NCBI GenBank assembly: GCA_054600435.1
Contig: BAAIJX010000032.1
Coordinates: 186,001-250,000, forward strand
Direction: 5' to 3'
DNA: 64,000 nucleotides
Source: Neophaeotheca triangularis
Taxonomy: Eukaryota
In this document: one piece after another, positions 1-11,248 of the stretch
How positions within the stretch are numbered: the first letter of the stretch is position 1
Layout of the letters: every line of letters starts with the position of its first letter
Translations under genes and position numbers: made by a program
The notes under the pieces: model-generated
Database searches by the model: none
What the model saw: the letters and a program-made list of their open reading frames with translations, nothing else
What the model was told of the DNA's origin: nothing

Positions 1-2070
1 ATGCCTGTCAAGGTCTGGGCTACGATTGAAAGGTGCAAGTTGCTTGACAAGATGACTGTTGCTGCCATGCCCATTCCTCCGATGCTTGCTGCTGGCGCCC
101 TGCTCCCGCGGCTCAGACGAACTACTATCTTGCCCATTGCGCAGACTCCTGGCACTTCGAGTTCGTAACAAAGGCACGTCGTTGAAGCCCTGATTACGAG
201 GCGTACCAGTGTTGGATGCTCGACCAGCTTTGCCAGAATTTGACCGGGAAGGCATATTTGGGCGTTCAGTGTCTACTTCCTCCTCTTTCATGGGATCCTT
301 CTCTGTTGTGGCCTTTGCACTAGCATTCTCTGCATCCCTGGCCGCTTGCTCTGCCTTTTCATCTTTGGCTGCCTGCTCTTCAGCTTCAGCTTGGGCTTGT
401 GCTTGGGCTTGTGCTTGTGCTTGTGCTTGTGCTTGGGCTTGGGCCTGAGCTTGCGCTTGTGCTTGTGCTTGAGCTTGAGCCTCAGCTTGCGCCTGAGCCT
501 GAGCCTGAGCCTGGGCATGAGCTTGGGCCTGGGACTGCGTTTGAGCTTGAGACTGTCCCTGAGCCTTCTTCTTGCCTGAACCCTTCTCCCCTTCATTCTT
601 CGTCTTTCCTGCAGCTGATGAGGGCCGACTGGTTTCTCCTTCTGCCACTCGGGAATGTGCCAAATTCGTGGCTGAGCTGTTTTGCCGCAGACGTGTGCTC
701 TGCAACCTTCCGGAAGGTGGAGGCTCCATCGCGGTCGGAAAGGAGGAAGCCAACGGGCTGCTCGCCAGAGCTGGACTGTTCTGAGCTGACACAATACCCT
801 TTCTCTTCGTGGGGGCCGGCCCTGGCTTGGCTTTCGTCGCCTTTTTGGCGGGCTCAACTGCTGGTGTACTTCGTGGTGTCTCTTTACCGGCTTTCGCACC
901 CTTCCCTGCACCGCTCGCAGAGCGTGCCATGGCCGGAGCAGCAGCGGCGGCAGCGGCAACCGCCTTTTCCGCAGGCTTGCGTTTCCTGGTTGGCTCTCCA
1001 TTTGTGGAGATTCCCAACCCCGCCGGTGTAGATTGCGCCGCCGTTTTGCCCTTGCCTCCTTTTGCGCCTTTACGAGGCTTATTGTTGTTATTGTTGGGGT
1101 TGTTGTCGTCGAAGTCGGAATCAAGTTGATCCTTTGTACGCTTTCCTTGCTTTTCTCTGGCAGTCTCCCTGCCGGCGTCTCGTCTGGCTTGCATAATCTC
1201 AGTCTCATGTATGGCGTTGGCTGCGGCGGCCAGGCTGTTCGTGGCGGCTACATCTCGTCTGTTTCGTTCGTTGCCTGTGTTGCCAACGGGCTTCTTCTGT
1301 CTGTTCTCGCTGTACGCCCAATGGGTCATGCTACCCAGGCGAGCCTCCTCACTGATCTCGCCTTCTACGTGCGGTATTACGCTTTCGACGCGTGACAGCT
1401 GCGTAGCCAATACTCGGTTCGCTTCGGCAAGCACGACATTCTTCTCATCCAAGTTAGCTAGCATCTCGTGCGTCAACAGCCTGAGCTCGTGAAACTGCTT
1501 TCGTCTTGCAAAGTCGTCTTCGGCGTCGGTAGCTACACCCTCATCGCCTGTCACCGAGCCTCCGACGCTATTGTTCGCACTCAAATGCCCCGCAGACGGC
1601 GCTGCGCCGTTGACCATGCTGACCCGCGCGCTGCCGTTCATGCTGTTGTTGGCAGTGAGGCTCAGCATTCCCCGCGCGACACCCATGGCATCCCCAGAGC
1701 CCGGTGCGAGCTTCTTTGGTGGGACTGGTAGTTGCAGCGCGCCCTCCAGCATGTCACCGAGTCGCTCAGTGGGACCGTGGATTTTGGCTTCAACCTCCTT
1801 CATCAGTGTGAAATGCTTCATGACTTCTCTTGGGAGAGCTGAGATGGCGTCTGTGAAGTACTGAATTGCTGGAAAGAAGCCTGGAGGGGCATTGTCCGTG
1901 GCACTGTCGTCGGCAGCAGAGGCAGCGAAGGTTGCAAAAGGACGAGCATAGTAGTTGGCGGGGCGGGCAGTGTTGGTTCGCACGACGCGTCCGGAGGCTC
2001 GCCGGCCTGGATTCGAGTCGGCGGGGACATTTGCCGCAGGTTGTTTGCGCATGCTAGAGGAGGGAGGCAT
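1..2070 (-). CDS. ING-family (Pho23/Yng2-like) chromatin protein, 3' end outside the window
   Basis: ATG at 2070 (-). I saw no in-frame stop in the stretches translated down to base 1, which would explain its absence from the ORF track. Translation MPPSSSMRKQ...PGFFPAIQYFTDAISALPREVMKHFTLMKEVEAKIH resembles the ING N-terminal helical domain. The expected C-terminal PHD finger would lie left of the window. Confidence 0.75.
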   Translation of the reverse strand, partial: MPPSSSMRKQPAANVPADSNPGRRASGRVVRTNTARPANYYARPFATFAASAADDSATDNAPPGFFPAIQYFTDAISALPREVMKHFTLMKEVEAKIHGPTERLGDMLEGALQLPVPPKKLAPGSGDAMGVARGMLSLTANNSMNGSARVSMVNGAAPSAGHLSANNSVGGSVTGDEGVATDAEDDFARRKQFHELRLLTHEMLANLDEKNVVLAEANRVLATQLSRVESVIPHVEGEISEEARLGSMTHWAYSENRQKKPVGNTGNERNRRDVAATNSLAAAANAIHETEIMQARRDAGRETAREKQGKRTKDQLDSDFDDNNPNNNNNKPRKGAKGGKGKTAAQSTPAGLGISTNGEPTRKRKPAEKAVAAAAAAAPAMARSASGAGKGAKAGKETPRSTPAVEPAKKATKAKPGPAPTKRKGIVSAQNSPALASSPLASSFPTAMEPPPSGRLQSTRLRQNSSATNLAHSRVAEGETSRPSSAAGKTKNEGEKGSGKKKAQGQSQAQTQSQAQAHAQAQAQAQAQAEAQAQAQAQAQAQAQAQAQAQAQAQAQAQAQAEAEEQAAKDEKAEQAARDAENASAKATTEKDPMKEEEVDTERPNMPSRSNSGKAGRASNTGTPRNQGFNDVPLLRTRSARSLRNGQDSSSSEPREQGASSKHRRNGHGSNSHLVKQLAPFNRSPDLDRH
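381..565 (-). repeat. Coding hexanucleotide repeat encoding a long (AQ)n tract in the ING-family protein
   Basis: Plus strand (ttgtgc/ttgggc/ctgagc)n. In the ING frame it reads QGQSQAQTQSQAQAHAQAQAQ...AQAEAEE. Confidence 0.9.
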
Positions 2071-3324
2071 GGTGGGCGAAGTTGCGTCGAGGTGCAATGT
2101 CGTAGTGGTGGGTTCCGGTGGGCGGTGGAGGAGTGGAAGAGAGGATTGGTGGGTTGTAGAGTAGCACTTCAGCGCTCATCGAGCGTCATGCAAGACGACA
2201 GCATAGTATGCGAGGATGTAACAAAAGTGAGAGCTGTGGGAGGAGTAGAAAGAGTAGGTAACAGAGACAGACAGACAGCTTCCAACCTCCTCGCAGCTCT
2301 GGCGCAGGACATAGGTCCCTCTCTCAATCTGCTCGGATCAACTGCCCTTCAATCGCCGACGCTGAGCGCTCTGCTTGACCTTCACCTCCTACGTCACGGG
2401 AAGCAGCTCCCGTCTCTCACTCTAATCGCAAGTGTCAGACGGCCACAATTTTCCACGGTCGTTTCCATTTTCATAGTACAAACAACAAAATACGCACGTC
2501 GTCCACAGATGAAGTGTCAAATGCAGCATATTTCATACTTTCGTAGCGACTGGCTACTGACTGAATCATTCGGCGCAAGACGTTGCGGCATGCTTAACAC
2601 CGATCTTGTGAGACCGACACCATCCCACGCCTTGCCATACCACGCCATACCTTGCCCATGCAATGTCCCGTTCGCCCACATACTAGCTAAGTACATCTCA
2701 AGAAAGTGACTAGCGACCGTTCAGTCAGATACATATCTCTCCGTCCACATCTGCATCTACATCGATCGTCAAGGTCTTTCGTCAAACGTTTCGTCAAACG
2801 TTGGCAGTATCGATGTCGAGTACGTCTTGTAGGTAATCATGTTTTCGTAGTCTGGGGTTTTCGTCGTTGTAATCACGCGGTAAGGGAAATTTTGAAAAAG
2901 AACGCTCAGTTAAGCACCCTCGCTGAATGGTAAATGCTCCAATGCGGATGCAGTCTTGAAGTCGTGCGGAAGATGGTCTCGTAGTTGGGGCCGTTGGATG
3001 CTCGTAGAAAAAGACGTATACACGTTGAACGTGAGTAATCGTAGCCGTGTCTGCACTTGTCGTGCGAGACAATGGCAGAGGTAGAAGCGAAGATGACGCA
3101 ATGAAATTGTCGGTCGAGTCGAGTTGATTTGCTGGCAGTGATGGAGGGACCTAAGGGTCCGATGCTAAGAAGCTTTGAGGTGCCTCTTCAATCCGGTCTC
3201 CAGACACATATACTCCCTCCGAGAGACCGGGTCCATCGGGGAGCTGGTCGTCTGGGCGCTGTGTCTCGGAAAGCGTGCTCGACGGCAGTGCTTCGTCGGC
3301 AAGCTCATGAAAACGCTGCCCTCC

Positions 3325-5907
3325 CTAGTTGGCACGGATAACAAGCTTGCTGAGGAATTTGCTGCTAAGGCTGTCAAAGTCGTCGCGCTCGTACTTGGCA
3401 GTGGTTTGACGCTCCTTGAGATAGGATTCTGTAGATGTCGTTAGCAATCGTTCTGACTTAGCAGGAGTCGGCAAACATCTCGACTTACCGTATGTGTTGA
3501 TGTGAGTCCTCACTTCGGTCAGAGCGTCACAAACAGCAGGGTTCGACCCGAGTAGATGATGGTGCTTCCTCGTGTCCCATTCTTGCAGACCAGGAAGCTT
3601 GGTGGAGATGGCTTGGAACAGTCCTACGATCACACCGACGGGAGTGCTCTCCATGTCGTCGCAAAATTTGTGTACGGCCTTCTCATCGGGCACGCGGTAG
3701 TGGCAATCAAACTGCATCTCCTCCCAGATGGCGAGCAGAATGGCCGCAAGCATGAAGATGGTTGGCCAGTTCTTGAGCTTGTCACCACTGTAGACCGAAG
3801 AGTAAAGAGCCGACAGCTCGCCTAGTATATCCTTTTGCAGTTCACGCCACATCTCAGCAAGAGCGCATTTGATCTGAAAGTTGATCATGACAGGGGCGAC
3901 GGTCTTGCCGCAGAAGCGAGACGAGTCAGCATCAATGCGACCAACAAATTGCTCTTCTTCAGACAAGCCTTCAACCATGGTGATGTGAGTGGTCAGATTG
4001 TATGCCAGGACAAGCTTGAGTGCCTTTCGCACGGAAGGCGTCTTTTCCTTCTCGTAGTAGCGGTACGCGGTCTTCAGGATCTCCGAGACGAAGATGAGGC
4101 CCTCGAAGTACTCGTCGACAAAGTTTTCGAAGCTGTGATCAAGATGGCGATCCAGATACTCGGATAGCAGCGATGTCGAAACACCATCGCTGCCTGCAGT
4201 CAATTTGGCAGTATTGACTTCATAAGATTTTGGGAGCGGGTGTATCGACTCCGTCCAATCCATGTCGAAGCACTTGTCGTCGCGCACGAATACCTCGCGT
4301 GCGTTGATGGGAAGATAATGCCCGTAGCCGTGAGTGATGTAGAGCGTCCGCTCCACTTTGCTGAAACCCTTAATGTTCCCAATGGAGAAGCCGAGACTGA
4401 CATGCCTCTCGAAATCGGCCTTCCAGTCTTTGCAGAAATAGGCAATGTCGCGAATGTCCATCCTGGTGCAGGGGACTTGCCACAGACGCGCGTGACTCGG
4501 GCGACAACCTCCACAAGGCTCACCCTTGTCGCAAGTCTTCTTGAGGAATTTGCATCGCAAACATGCTCGGAGTTTTCGTATCTCGTGAGCTTGTTGGCGC
4601 TGGTCAGGACGAAGGGGACCCTTTCTCCGTCCAACCTTCTTCTCGGCGATAGCTTCCTTTCGGGTCTGCGAGGGTTTCTTGATCACCGCTTTGGTCGTCT
4701 TGCTGGTGGGGGATTTGCGACGGCGAGTTGGAGGCGAGTGGGGACCGGACGATGAAGGCGAGGTAGAGCTAGAGCCAGTGGACCCGGCCGTTCGTGAGGT
4801 GGTGGCAACGACGGCAGTCGGACTCACCGCCAGGGAGGATGTCGGTGACTGCTGCTGGGGGGGCATGTCGCTAGTGGCCACGGTACCATTCGCATTGCAC
4901 TGGGCGCTAACGTAGTCGTTTCCCTGGGAATCATCGTGTGGTGATTGCAGTGGCCACGGCGCTATCTCTTCGTAGCTGCCTGATAGTTGAGCCGATTGGG
5001 GTCCGTCGGAAGTGGACGAGTCGGAGTTTGTGCGGATGTGAAGGTTTTGGCTCGGATTGGAAACAGTGCCGGAATATGAATCGAACGATTGGCGGTGAGA
5101 ATTGAAATCTCTAAAGTTGATGGCAGTCCATTCATTGTCCGATAACGATTGTACCTCCAAAATGGTGCCAGTAGGAGAGCTACCTGGGAGACTGGACTGG
5201 GCGGAGTCTGTAGATTGGTGACCGACGGGGTGAGGCATAGCCATGGGGAACATCATCTCATTTTGGTAATCGTTGAGAGGATAGACAAGCGAATTCATCG
5301 AATCCATGGGGCCGGCCATGGTCATGTAAGTGTTGGGCGCCATGCCAGCGCTGAGGCTGTAGTTGTCAGCAGACGTTGCTGGCATGAAGTTGACGGGCGA
5401 CGGTTGGAGACCACCAAAAGAAGGGTTGTAAGAATTCGGATTCATTGCAGCGCCGCTCTGGCCCATGAAATGTTGTTGTTGGGCCGCCTGCTCCAACTGA
5501 TACTGCCAATCACTCGGCAGCAGACTAGCATACTCGAGGCCCAGGCCGTTCGACTGGAATTGCATCGGCTGGCTTTGCTGGCTGCTTGAGGGTCTGCTTG
5601 ACTGTTGCTGTTGCTGAGCTGGAGCCGAGGGCATGGCAGGATAGCCTTGATGTAGAGGCTGCGGCTGCTGTTGCTGTTGCGGAAGTTGCTGGGGAAGCTG
5701 GGCGCGCTGCTGAGTGCGCTGCTGGTTCGCTTGGTGTTGGTGGTGAGCCTGCGTCATGTCGTCGGAGTTCAGGTGGTCGTAGGGCAGCGGGGGCCAGGCG
5801 GTAGGGGCTTGAGGGTAGTACAGAGGGTAAGATTGGGCGCGAGGATCGTTATTGAAATCGCCAAAGCCCAGTAGGGCGTCTGGATGGTTGAAGTCGAAAT
5901 GATCCAT
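3325..5907 (-). CDS. Zn(II)2Cys6 transcription factor (~840 aa; exons 5907-3489, 3428-3325)
   Basis: RACLRCKFLKKTCDKGEPCGGC...VPC binuclear cluster preceded by basic KKVGRRKGP, with a Q/P/S-rich N-terminus. First ATG (MDHFDF) at 5907. A 60-nt GTAAGT..GCTAAC..CAG intron lies at 3488-3429. Confidence 0.9.
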   Translation of the reverse strand: MDHFDFNHPDALLGFGDFNNDPRAQSYPLYYPQAPTAWPPLPYDHLNSDDMTQAHHQHQANQQRTQQRAQLPQQLPQQQQQPQPLHQGYPAMPSAPAQQQQQSSRPSSSQQSQPMQFQSNGLGLEYASLLPSDWQYQLEQAAQQQHFMGQSGAAMNPNSYNPSFGGLQPSPVNFMPATSADNYSLSAGMAPNTYMTMAGPMDSMNSLVYPLNDYQNEMMFPMAMPHPVGHQSTDSAQSSLPGSSPTGTILEVQSLSDNEWTAINFRDFNSHRQSFDSYSGTVSNPSQNLHIRTNSDSSTSDGPQSAQLSGSYEEIAPWPLQSPHDDSQGNDYVSAQCNANGTVATSDMPPQQQSPTSSLAVSPTAVVATTSRTAGSTGSSSTSPSSSGPHSPPTRRRKSPTSKTTKAVIKKPSQTRKEAIAEKKVGRRKGPLRPDQRQQAHEIRKLRACLRCKFLKKTCDKGEPCGGCRPSHARLWQVPCTRMDIRDIAYFCKDWKADFERHVSLGFSIGNIKGFSKVERTLYITHGYGHYLPINAREVFVRDDKCFDMDWTESIHPLPKSYEVNTAKLTAGSDGVSTSLLSEYLDRHLDHSFENFVDEYFEGLIFVSEILKTAYRYYEKEKTPSVRKALKLVLAYNLTTHITMVEGLSEEEQFVGRIDADSSRFCGKTVAPVMINFQIKCALAEMWRELQKDILGELSALYSSVYSGDKLKNWPTIFMLAAILLAIWEEMQFDCHYRVPDEKAVHKFCDDMESTPVGVIVGLFQAISTKLPGLQEWDTRKHHHLLGSNPAVCDALTEVRTHINTYGKSRCLPTPAKSERLLTTSTESYLKERQTTAKYERDDFDSLSSKFLSKLVIRAN

Positions 5908-6240
5908 GGTGTCGCGCCGACTGGGGGGGGGGAGGGTCTCGAGGGATTGAGTAGATAGAAGCGAGGTAGTCAGCGCAGGCGGATAGGCGGTCGAGGAAGA
6001 GCACACCGCTGTCGAAGCGACGACTTTGGAGGGGGGGGGGTGGGGGTAGAGGAGAAAGGACAGTAGTCGACAGGCTATAGAAGACAATAATCGGCCTGTC
6101 TCGCGGGTTGAGCAGCAGAGACTAGGCACAGCACCTACCAGAGCGGGAGGTGGAGTCGCTGGAGTGGGTGGGAGAGGGCGAGCGGATGAGTAGTGGTAAG
6201 TGGTGGGTGGTGAGTGGTGAGTAGTGGTGAGAACAGGCGA

Positions 6241-6316
6241 GTGCGGCGTGCGGCGTGCGGCGTGCGGGCGTGCCAGAGCAGCGGCGGCAGTCCGTCAGTC
6301 AGTCAGTCAGTCAGTC
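6241..6316. repeat. Short tandem repeats (GTGCGGC)n and (GTCA)n upstream of the Zn2Cys6 gene
   Basis: gtgcggcgtgcggcgtgcggcgtgcgg and gtcagtcagtcagtcagtcagtc are directly visible. Confidence 0.85.
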
Positions 6317-9300
6317 GTGTCTTGCAGATCAGCGGTGAAGATATGGCCGACGTTCAGTCGCTGGCGCGCCGCGACCATGTGGGGCGGGCGAGCAGGCTGC
6401 CGACTAATAGTGGACTAGTCCAGTACCAGTAGTAGTACTGTACCTTGGAGTTGGAGAAGCTGATTCGGGTGCCACCAGCCAATCACCTTCCACCTGGACC
6501 CATTCCGGTTTCCTTTCGTCTGTTCAGGTTCTGTTCTGAGCGCGTTTGTGAAGAAAATAAGAGTTAATGCTGTGTACCTACCTACCTACTGTTAGGTACT
6601 GACTATACACACCTGTCACCTAGGTTAGGTTATTAAGTAAGGTAGGTACCTAGGTGGTTAGTAGTATTGTTATCGTTGACGGTTTGAATTCAACCCCCAG
6701 TCTTCCGCTACAACATTGAGCAGCAACATCAGTAGCAACAGGAATAACGTTGCCAGAATAGTAGCCTTGGAAATCTCCAATCTCCGGTGACGGTGAGTGA
6801 AGGGAATGGCCTTCCCGGCGCACTGATCAAGGGCGATCAGGTTCTCACCCCACGTCCAAGATACTAGCTAGCTAGTAATGTAACAATATATTCATGTCCT
6901 GCTAGCCACAGGCCCACAGCAGATTCGAGGCCTGGCTCCGCATGCAAGCTGCCGGCTGTGAGCGGTGAACATGACCCGTCAAGCCCGTCTTGCCCGTCCA
7001 CAAGTCAAGTTGGCTGATGTCCTTGACTCGCAACCCTTTTTCGACTTGCGCGACATTACTTGGCATGTGTCTTTTTCTGTTGGCCGCTGCGACTCCATCC
7101 ATCCGGTACTCATTCGTGGCAGTTGGCGTAGTCAAAGCAAGCTGTCTCTCGTGTCGAGATCGAGATCGAGCACTGTCAACACGTGCGACGATGTGCAAAG
7201 GTGCGACAGCCAATGGTAGAGGTTTCACGTCGACCTTGCGCCACGCATGTGTCCGTGTGCTACCCAACAGCAGACCCGACTGGTGGAGCTCTTGCGCAAG
7301 CATGCTCATCAAAGATAGCTCTCCAGTGCGACATCGTGACCGTTCAAGCCCTTCTCCTTGCTTTCTCGGGCGTTCTGCTGCCGCTCGAAACGGCGCTTGT
7401 CTGGTACTCAGAACATCTTTGCATACAGCCATCGTTCGACGTGGACGTACAGCAGCGGAGAACTCACGCAGGTCATCTATGTACATGAAGTCTATCAGCG
7501 GGGACTTATAGATTACTCGCATGGTTCGAAGGCTGCAGGCAATAATGCATTACGCAGCTTGGCCCTCGGGTGCTGGCTGATTCTATTGCTTGCCCCATTG
7601 CACTCACTTACGGGGAAAGCTTCGCGACAGAGCCAGGTCAGGCAGGCAACGGCGCGATTCGATCACACCTCTTCGGTCCGCCCGATTACAATCGTCGACG
7701 GGCCCATCTCAGATTCTCCAGCGTTGATCGTTCCGATAGAGATCTTGGTAAAGCGCAGCGTCCCTAGAACGTGTGATCATTGCGGGCACCCTCTATGAAG
7801 AGATAATTGTCGCCTCTCTCTTAGCCTATCGACGGTGGATCACCTCGGGCAAGCGGTGCCGTTGGTTTTAGTAGAGAAAATTGTGTGCAAAGCTGCCTCT
7901 CGTGGCATCCCTTAAGCCCAGAACGGGTCGGATGGCGCTTCCATCGTTGAGCAATGGGAGAGGTGCCGGTATGCCGGTGTGTGCCGTCCCTTTCCACTTC
8001 CTTTCAATGTCCCACGGCGATGTAGGCATGGCACCAGCCGCGGGAGCTGAAGACGTTGCCGAAGAGCGCCTGGAAAGGCTAACAGACTCGCCAGCGAGAG
8101 AGATCGACTTGGCGAACCTGGTGCCGTGGTAATCACATTGGAAGAAGAGTAGCCGGCTACCGGTACGCGCTATGCGCAGGCCATCTGCTTGTGTAGAAAG
8201 AGCGGATACGCACTGCTGAAGGGTGTTATCATCTAAGAGCGACAAGCTGGTGGAAAAGGCATTCGCATCGCTTGAGCCTGTGCATACCGTTTGCGCCCAT
8301 GGGTGTGGTGAGCCTGCATCGGTTTGTACCGCTTCTTCAGTGAGCAGGCGGACTGCTCGGTGAGGCTGCTGCTAGAATCCATGCTCAAGCCTTTCCTGTG
8401 ACTTGGGTGCTCGCTTGCGAGATACGAAGCGTTGTAACAATTCTTCATCGATTGTTGGAAGCGAATGCAGCGTTGATCTGCCGGTTATGTTGTATTGCTT
8501 CTCGGCTGACATTTACCTCAGGTGACAGCTTCGAATGACGCCCTAGGATTTGGTCCTTTACCACGATGATTCCGACGGAGCGAAATCCTAGAGAGAATGA
8601 TTTGGATGCGACCATAGAGCAGGACACGTCTTAAATGCTTTATCTTAGGACGCCAAGAACGCGTAAGCATATTGACAGGTAAAAGAAGCAGCACGAACCA
8701 GTGGTAGAAGGAAACCTTTAGCGTATGAGAAAGAGCTGCGAGGTAGTCCGACAAGAGCAGCAGCAGCATCTTACTACTTGCCGGTACCTACCCAACCTAC
8801 CTATAGTGCTGGCCATAAACTTGGAGCATCAAAGAGCGACTAGGTACAGCTACGAGTATTGTGATACGAAGACTCTCGTGTTGTGGTGCAATTGTAAGTT
8901 GTCATGATTGCCCTGCATGTGCATTTACGGTAAGGTATAGGTACTACCGTACTGTACCTGGCTTGCCTGGGTAGGTAGACTTTTGAGGAGGGAGGGCGGA
9001 TCGGTGGCGATGCAACGGGCGAGCCAATCGAGTGGGGAGTTGGCTCGCCAATGTCCGGGGCCGGGAGCCCTAATTCTAAAAGCAATAACTAAGTTAATAT
9101 TAATGGAATCTGACCTAATTAAGCCTGAACCACGCCTGAACCCTCGACGGGAGACTCGTGGCCTCAAAAAGTGGAGGGGAGTTGCCGCGACAGGAGAGTA
9201 GTAGTACCTAGTAGTACCTACAGTAACAACAACACCACCTGTCATACTATACCATTACTACTACCTCCTCTCCAACAACAACAACAACAACACCAACACT

Positions 9301-9513
9301 AACACTTCCTTCTCATTCTATCACTGCCGCTACTGCTAGGTACTTTTTCATCTACCTACGGACTTGTACTCCATCGCAGGTTCCGTCAACGCTCACTTCG
9401 TATCCGACTCCGCTCACTGCAACACCCTTGCTGCTACCTCCCATTGAAAGGTTGTGTGTGGTATTGGGCATTGCGAAAGTTGTGACCTCCTCTCTCATCA
9501 TACTCCAAGCACC

Positions 9514-10719
9514 ATGAAGGGTCAGTACATTCACAACTGCGCAACGGTCCTCCCTCCCATTCTCACCATGCTACAGCCCTCATTCTCGTCGGTGGCTTCG
9601 GCACCCGTCTTCGACCCCTCACCCTCACCCTTCCCAAGCCCCTCGTCGAATTCGGCAACCGGCCCATGATCGCACACCAAATTGAAGCTTTGGCAGAAGC
9701 TGGCGTCACGGATATTGTTCTGGCCGTCAACTACCGCCCAGAGGTTATGACTGCGGCCTTGAAGCAATACGAGAAGCAATACGGCGTCAACATTGAGTTC
9801 TCCGTCGAGACCGAGCCGTTGGGCACCGCCGGCCCCTTGAAGCTCGCTGAAAAAATCTTGGGCAAAGACGACCGACCTTTCTTCGTGCTCAACTCCGACG
9901 TCATCTGCGAGTACCCTTTCAAGCAGCTCGCTGAATTCCACAATAACCACGGCAACGAGGGCACAATTGTCGTCACCAAAGTCGAAGAGCCTTCAAAGTA
10001 CGGTGTCGTCGTCCACAAGCCCGACAGCCCTTCCAGAATCGACCGTTTCGTCGAGAAGCCCGTCGAATTCGTTGGCAACCGCATCAACGCTGGTATCTAC
10101 ATCCTCAACCCCTCGGTTCTGCGCCGCATCGACCTCCGTCCGACCTCGATCGAGCAGGAGACATTCCCAGCCATCGTCAAGGATGGCCAGCTGCACAGTT
10201 TCGACCTTGAAGGCTTCTGGATGGACGTTGGTCAGCCCAAAGATTTCCTCTCTGGAACATGCCTCTACCTATCCTCCCTCACCAGACTGGGCAGCAAGGC
10301 CCTCACTCCAACGAGCGAGTCGTACGTTCACGGCGGAAACGTCATGATCGACCCCTCAGCCACGATCGGGAAGAACTGCAAGATCGGTCCCAATGTTACA
10401 ATCGGCCCCAACGTTGTTGTTGGCGACGGAGTGAGACTGCAGAGGTCAGTGCTGCTGCAAGGCTGCAGGGTGAAAGAGCACGCATGGGTCAAGAGCACCA
10501 TAGTGGGTTGGAACAGCACCATCGGGCGCTGGGCTCGCTTGGAGAACGTCAGTGTGCTTGGCGACGACGTGACGATTGGAGACGAGATCTACTGCAACGG
10601 TGCTAGCGTACTGCCGCACAAGAGCATCAAGGCGAACGTCGACTGTAAGTTTGGTGCGAGCCCCTGCTTCGAATTATCCATCAACTCACACCGCGATAGC
10701 CCCATCGATCATCATGTAA
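9514..10719 (+). CDS. PSA1: Mannose-1-phosphate guanylyltransferase (GDP-mannose pyrophosphorylase), 364 aa; exons 9514-9520, 9577-10644, 10700-10719
   Basis: Spliced N-terminus [24 protein letters not shown], plus EPLGTAG, FVEKP and GFWMDVGQP motifs, C-terminal hexapeptide beta-helix repeats, and spliced end NVDSPSIIM*. Two GT-AG introns restore the frame. Confidence 0.96.
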
Positions 10720-11248
10720 ACTATGACGAGCACTTGGTTTGGCGAGGGCGGGGTGAATCTCCGCTTTTCTCAAGGGGCGGCGCAGGAGTCCGGTGTACGC
10801 CTTTTTCTGCTTTCGAGAGCATTGCACACAGCAGATTACCCGGATGCAAGGGCTGGAGTATTGAGCTATTGGCGCTGCCTACACGTTTCACACGGGCGGC
10901 ATGCATAGATAAAAAGACTAGGGAGTCACGGTATCATATGTGTGTATCTCCGAACAGTCTAGCGAAATGTTTCTCCAGACCAACAAATGAGAACGCCATG
11001 AAACTGCTAAGAGACGCAACAGATCGTATACCCGCGCCGGAAGCTTTTATAATCGTTCGTTGCGGTCGTTAGATGCATCAAGTCGTAGGCCTCGCGGCGT
11101 CGTCTGAGGAAAAGTCACATTCGAAATCGTCAACGCCATGCTCCGGCCCCCAATGCAGGCGAAAAAGTCTGCGACGCTGTAACCGAGACCCCCTTCCAAC
11201 CACAGACCACGCATAACTTGAAATTCCCCTCTAAGCACGATGTCGACT

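Noticed and set aside
288..1208. 306-aa minus-strand ORF and overlapping plus-strand ORFs with LCLC/ACAC repeats
   Set aside because: These are alternative frames of the (AQ)n repeat in the ING gene; the real frame runs from 2070 off the window edge.
2041..2709. 222-aa plus-strand ORF
   Set aside because: It has a non-ATG start, overlaps the ING start antisense plus its promoter, and has no recognisable motif.
10645..11072. Apparent long C-terminal extension of PSA1 in the ORF track
   Set aside because: This is read-through of a GTAAGT intron; splicing gives the normal SPSIIM* end at 10719.
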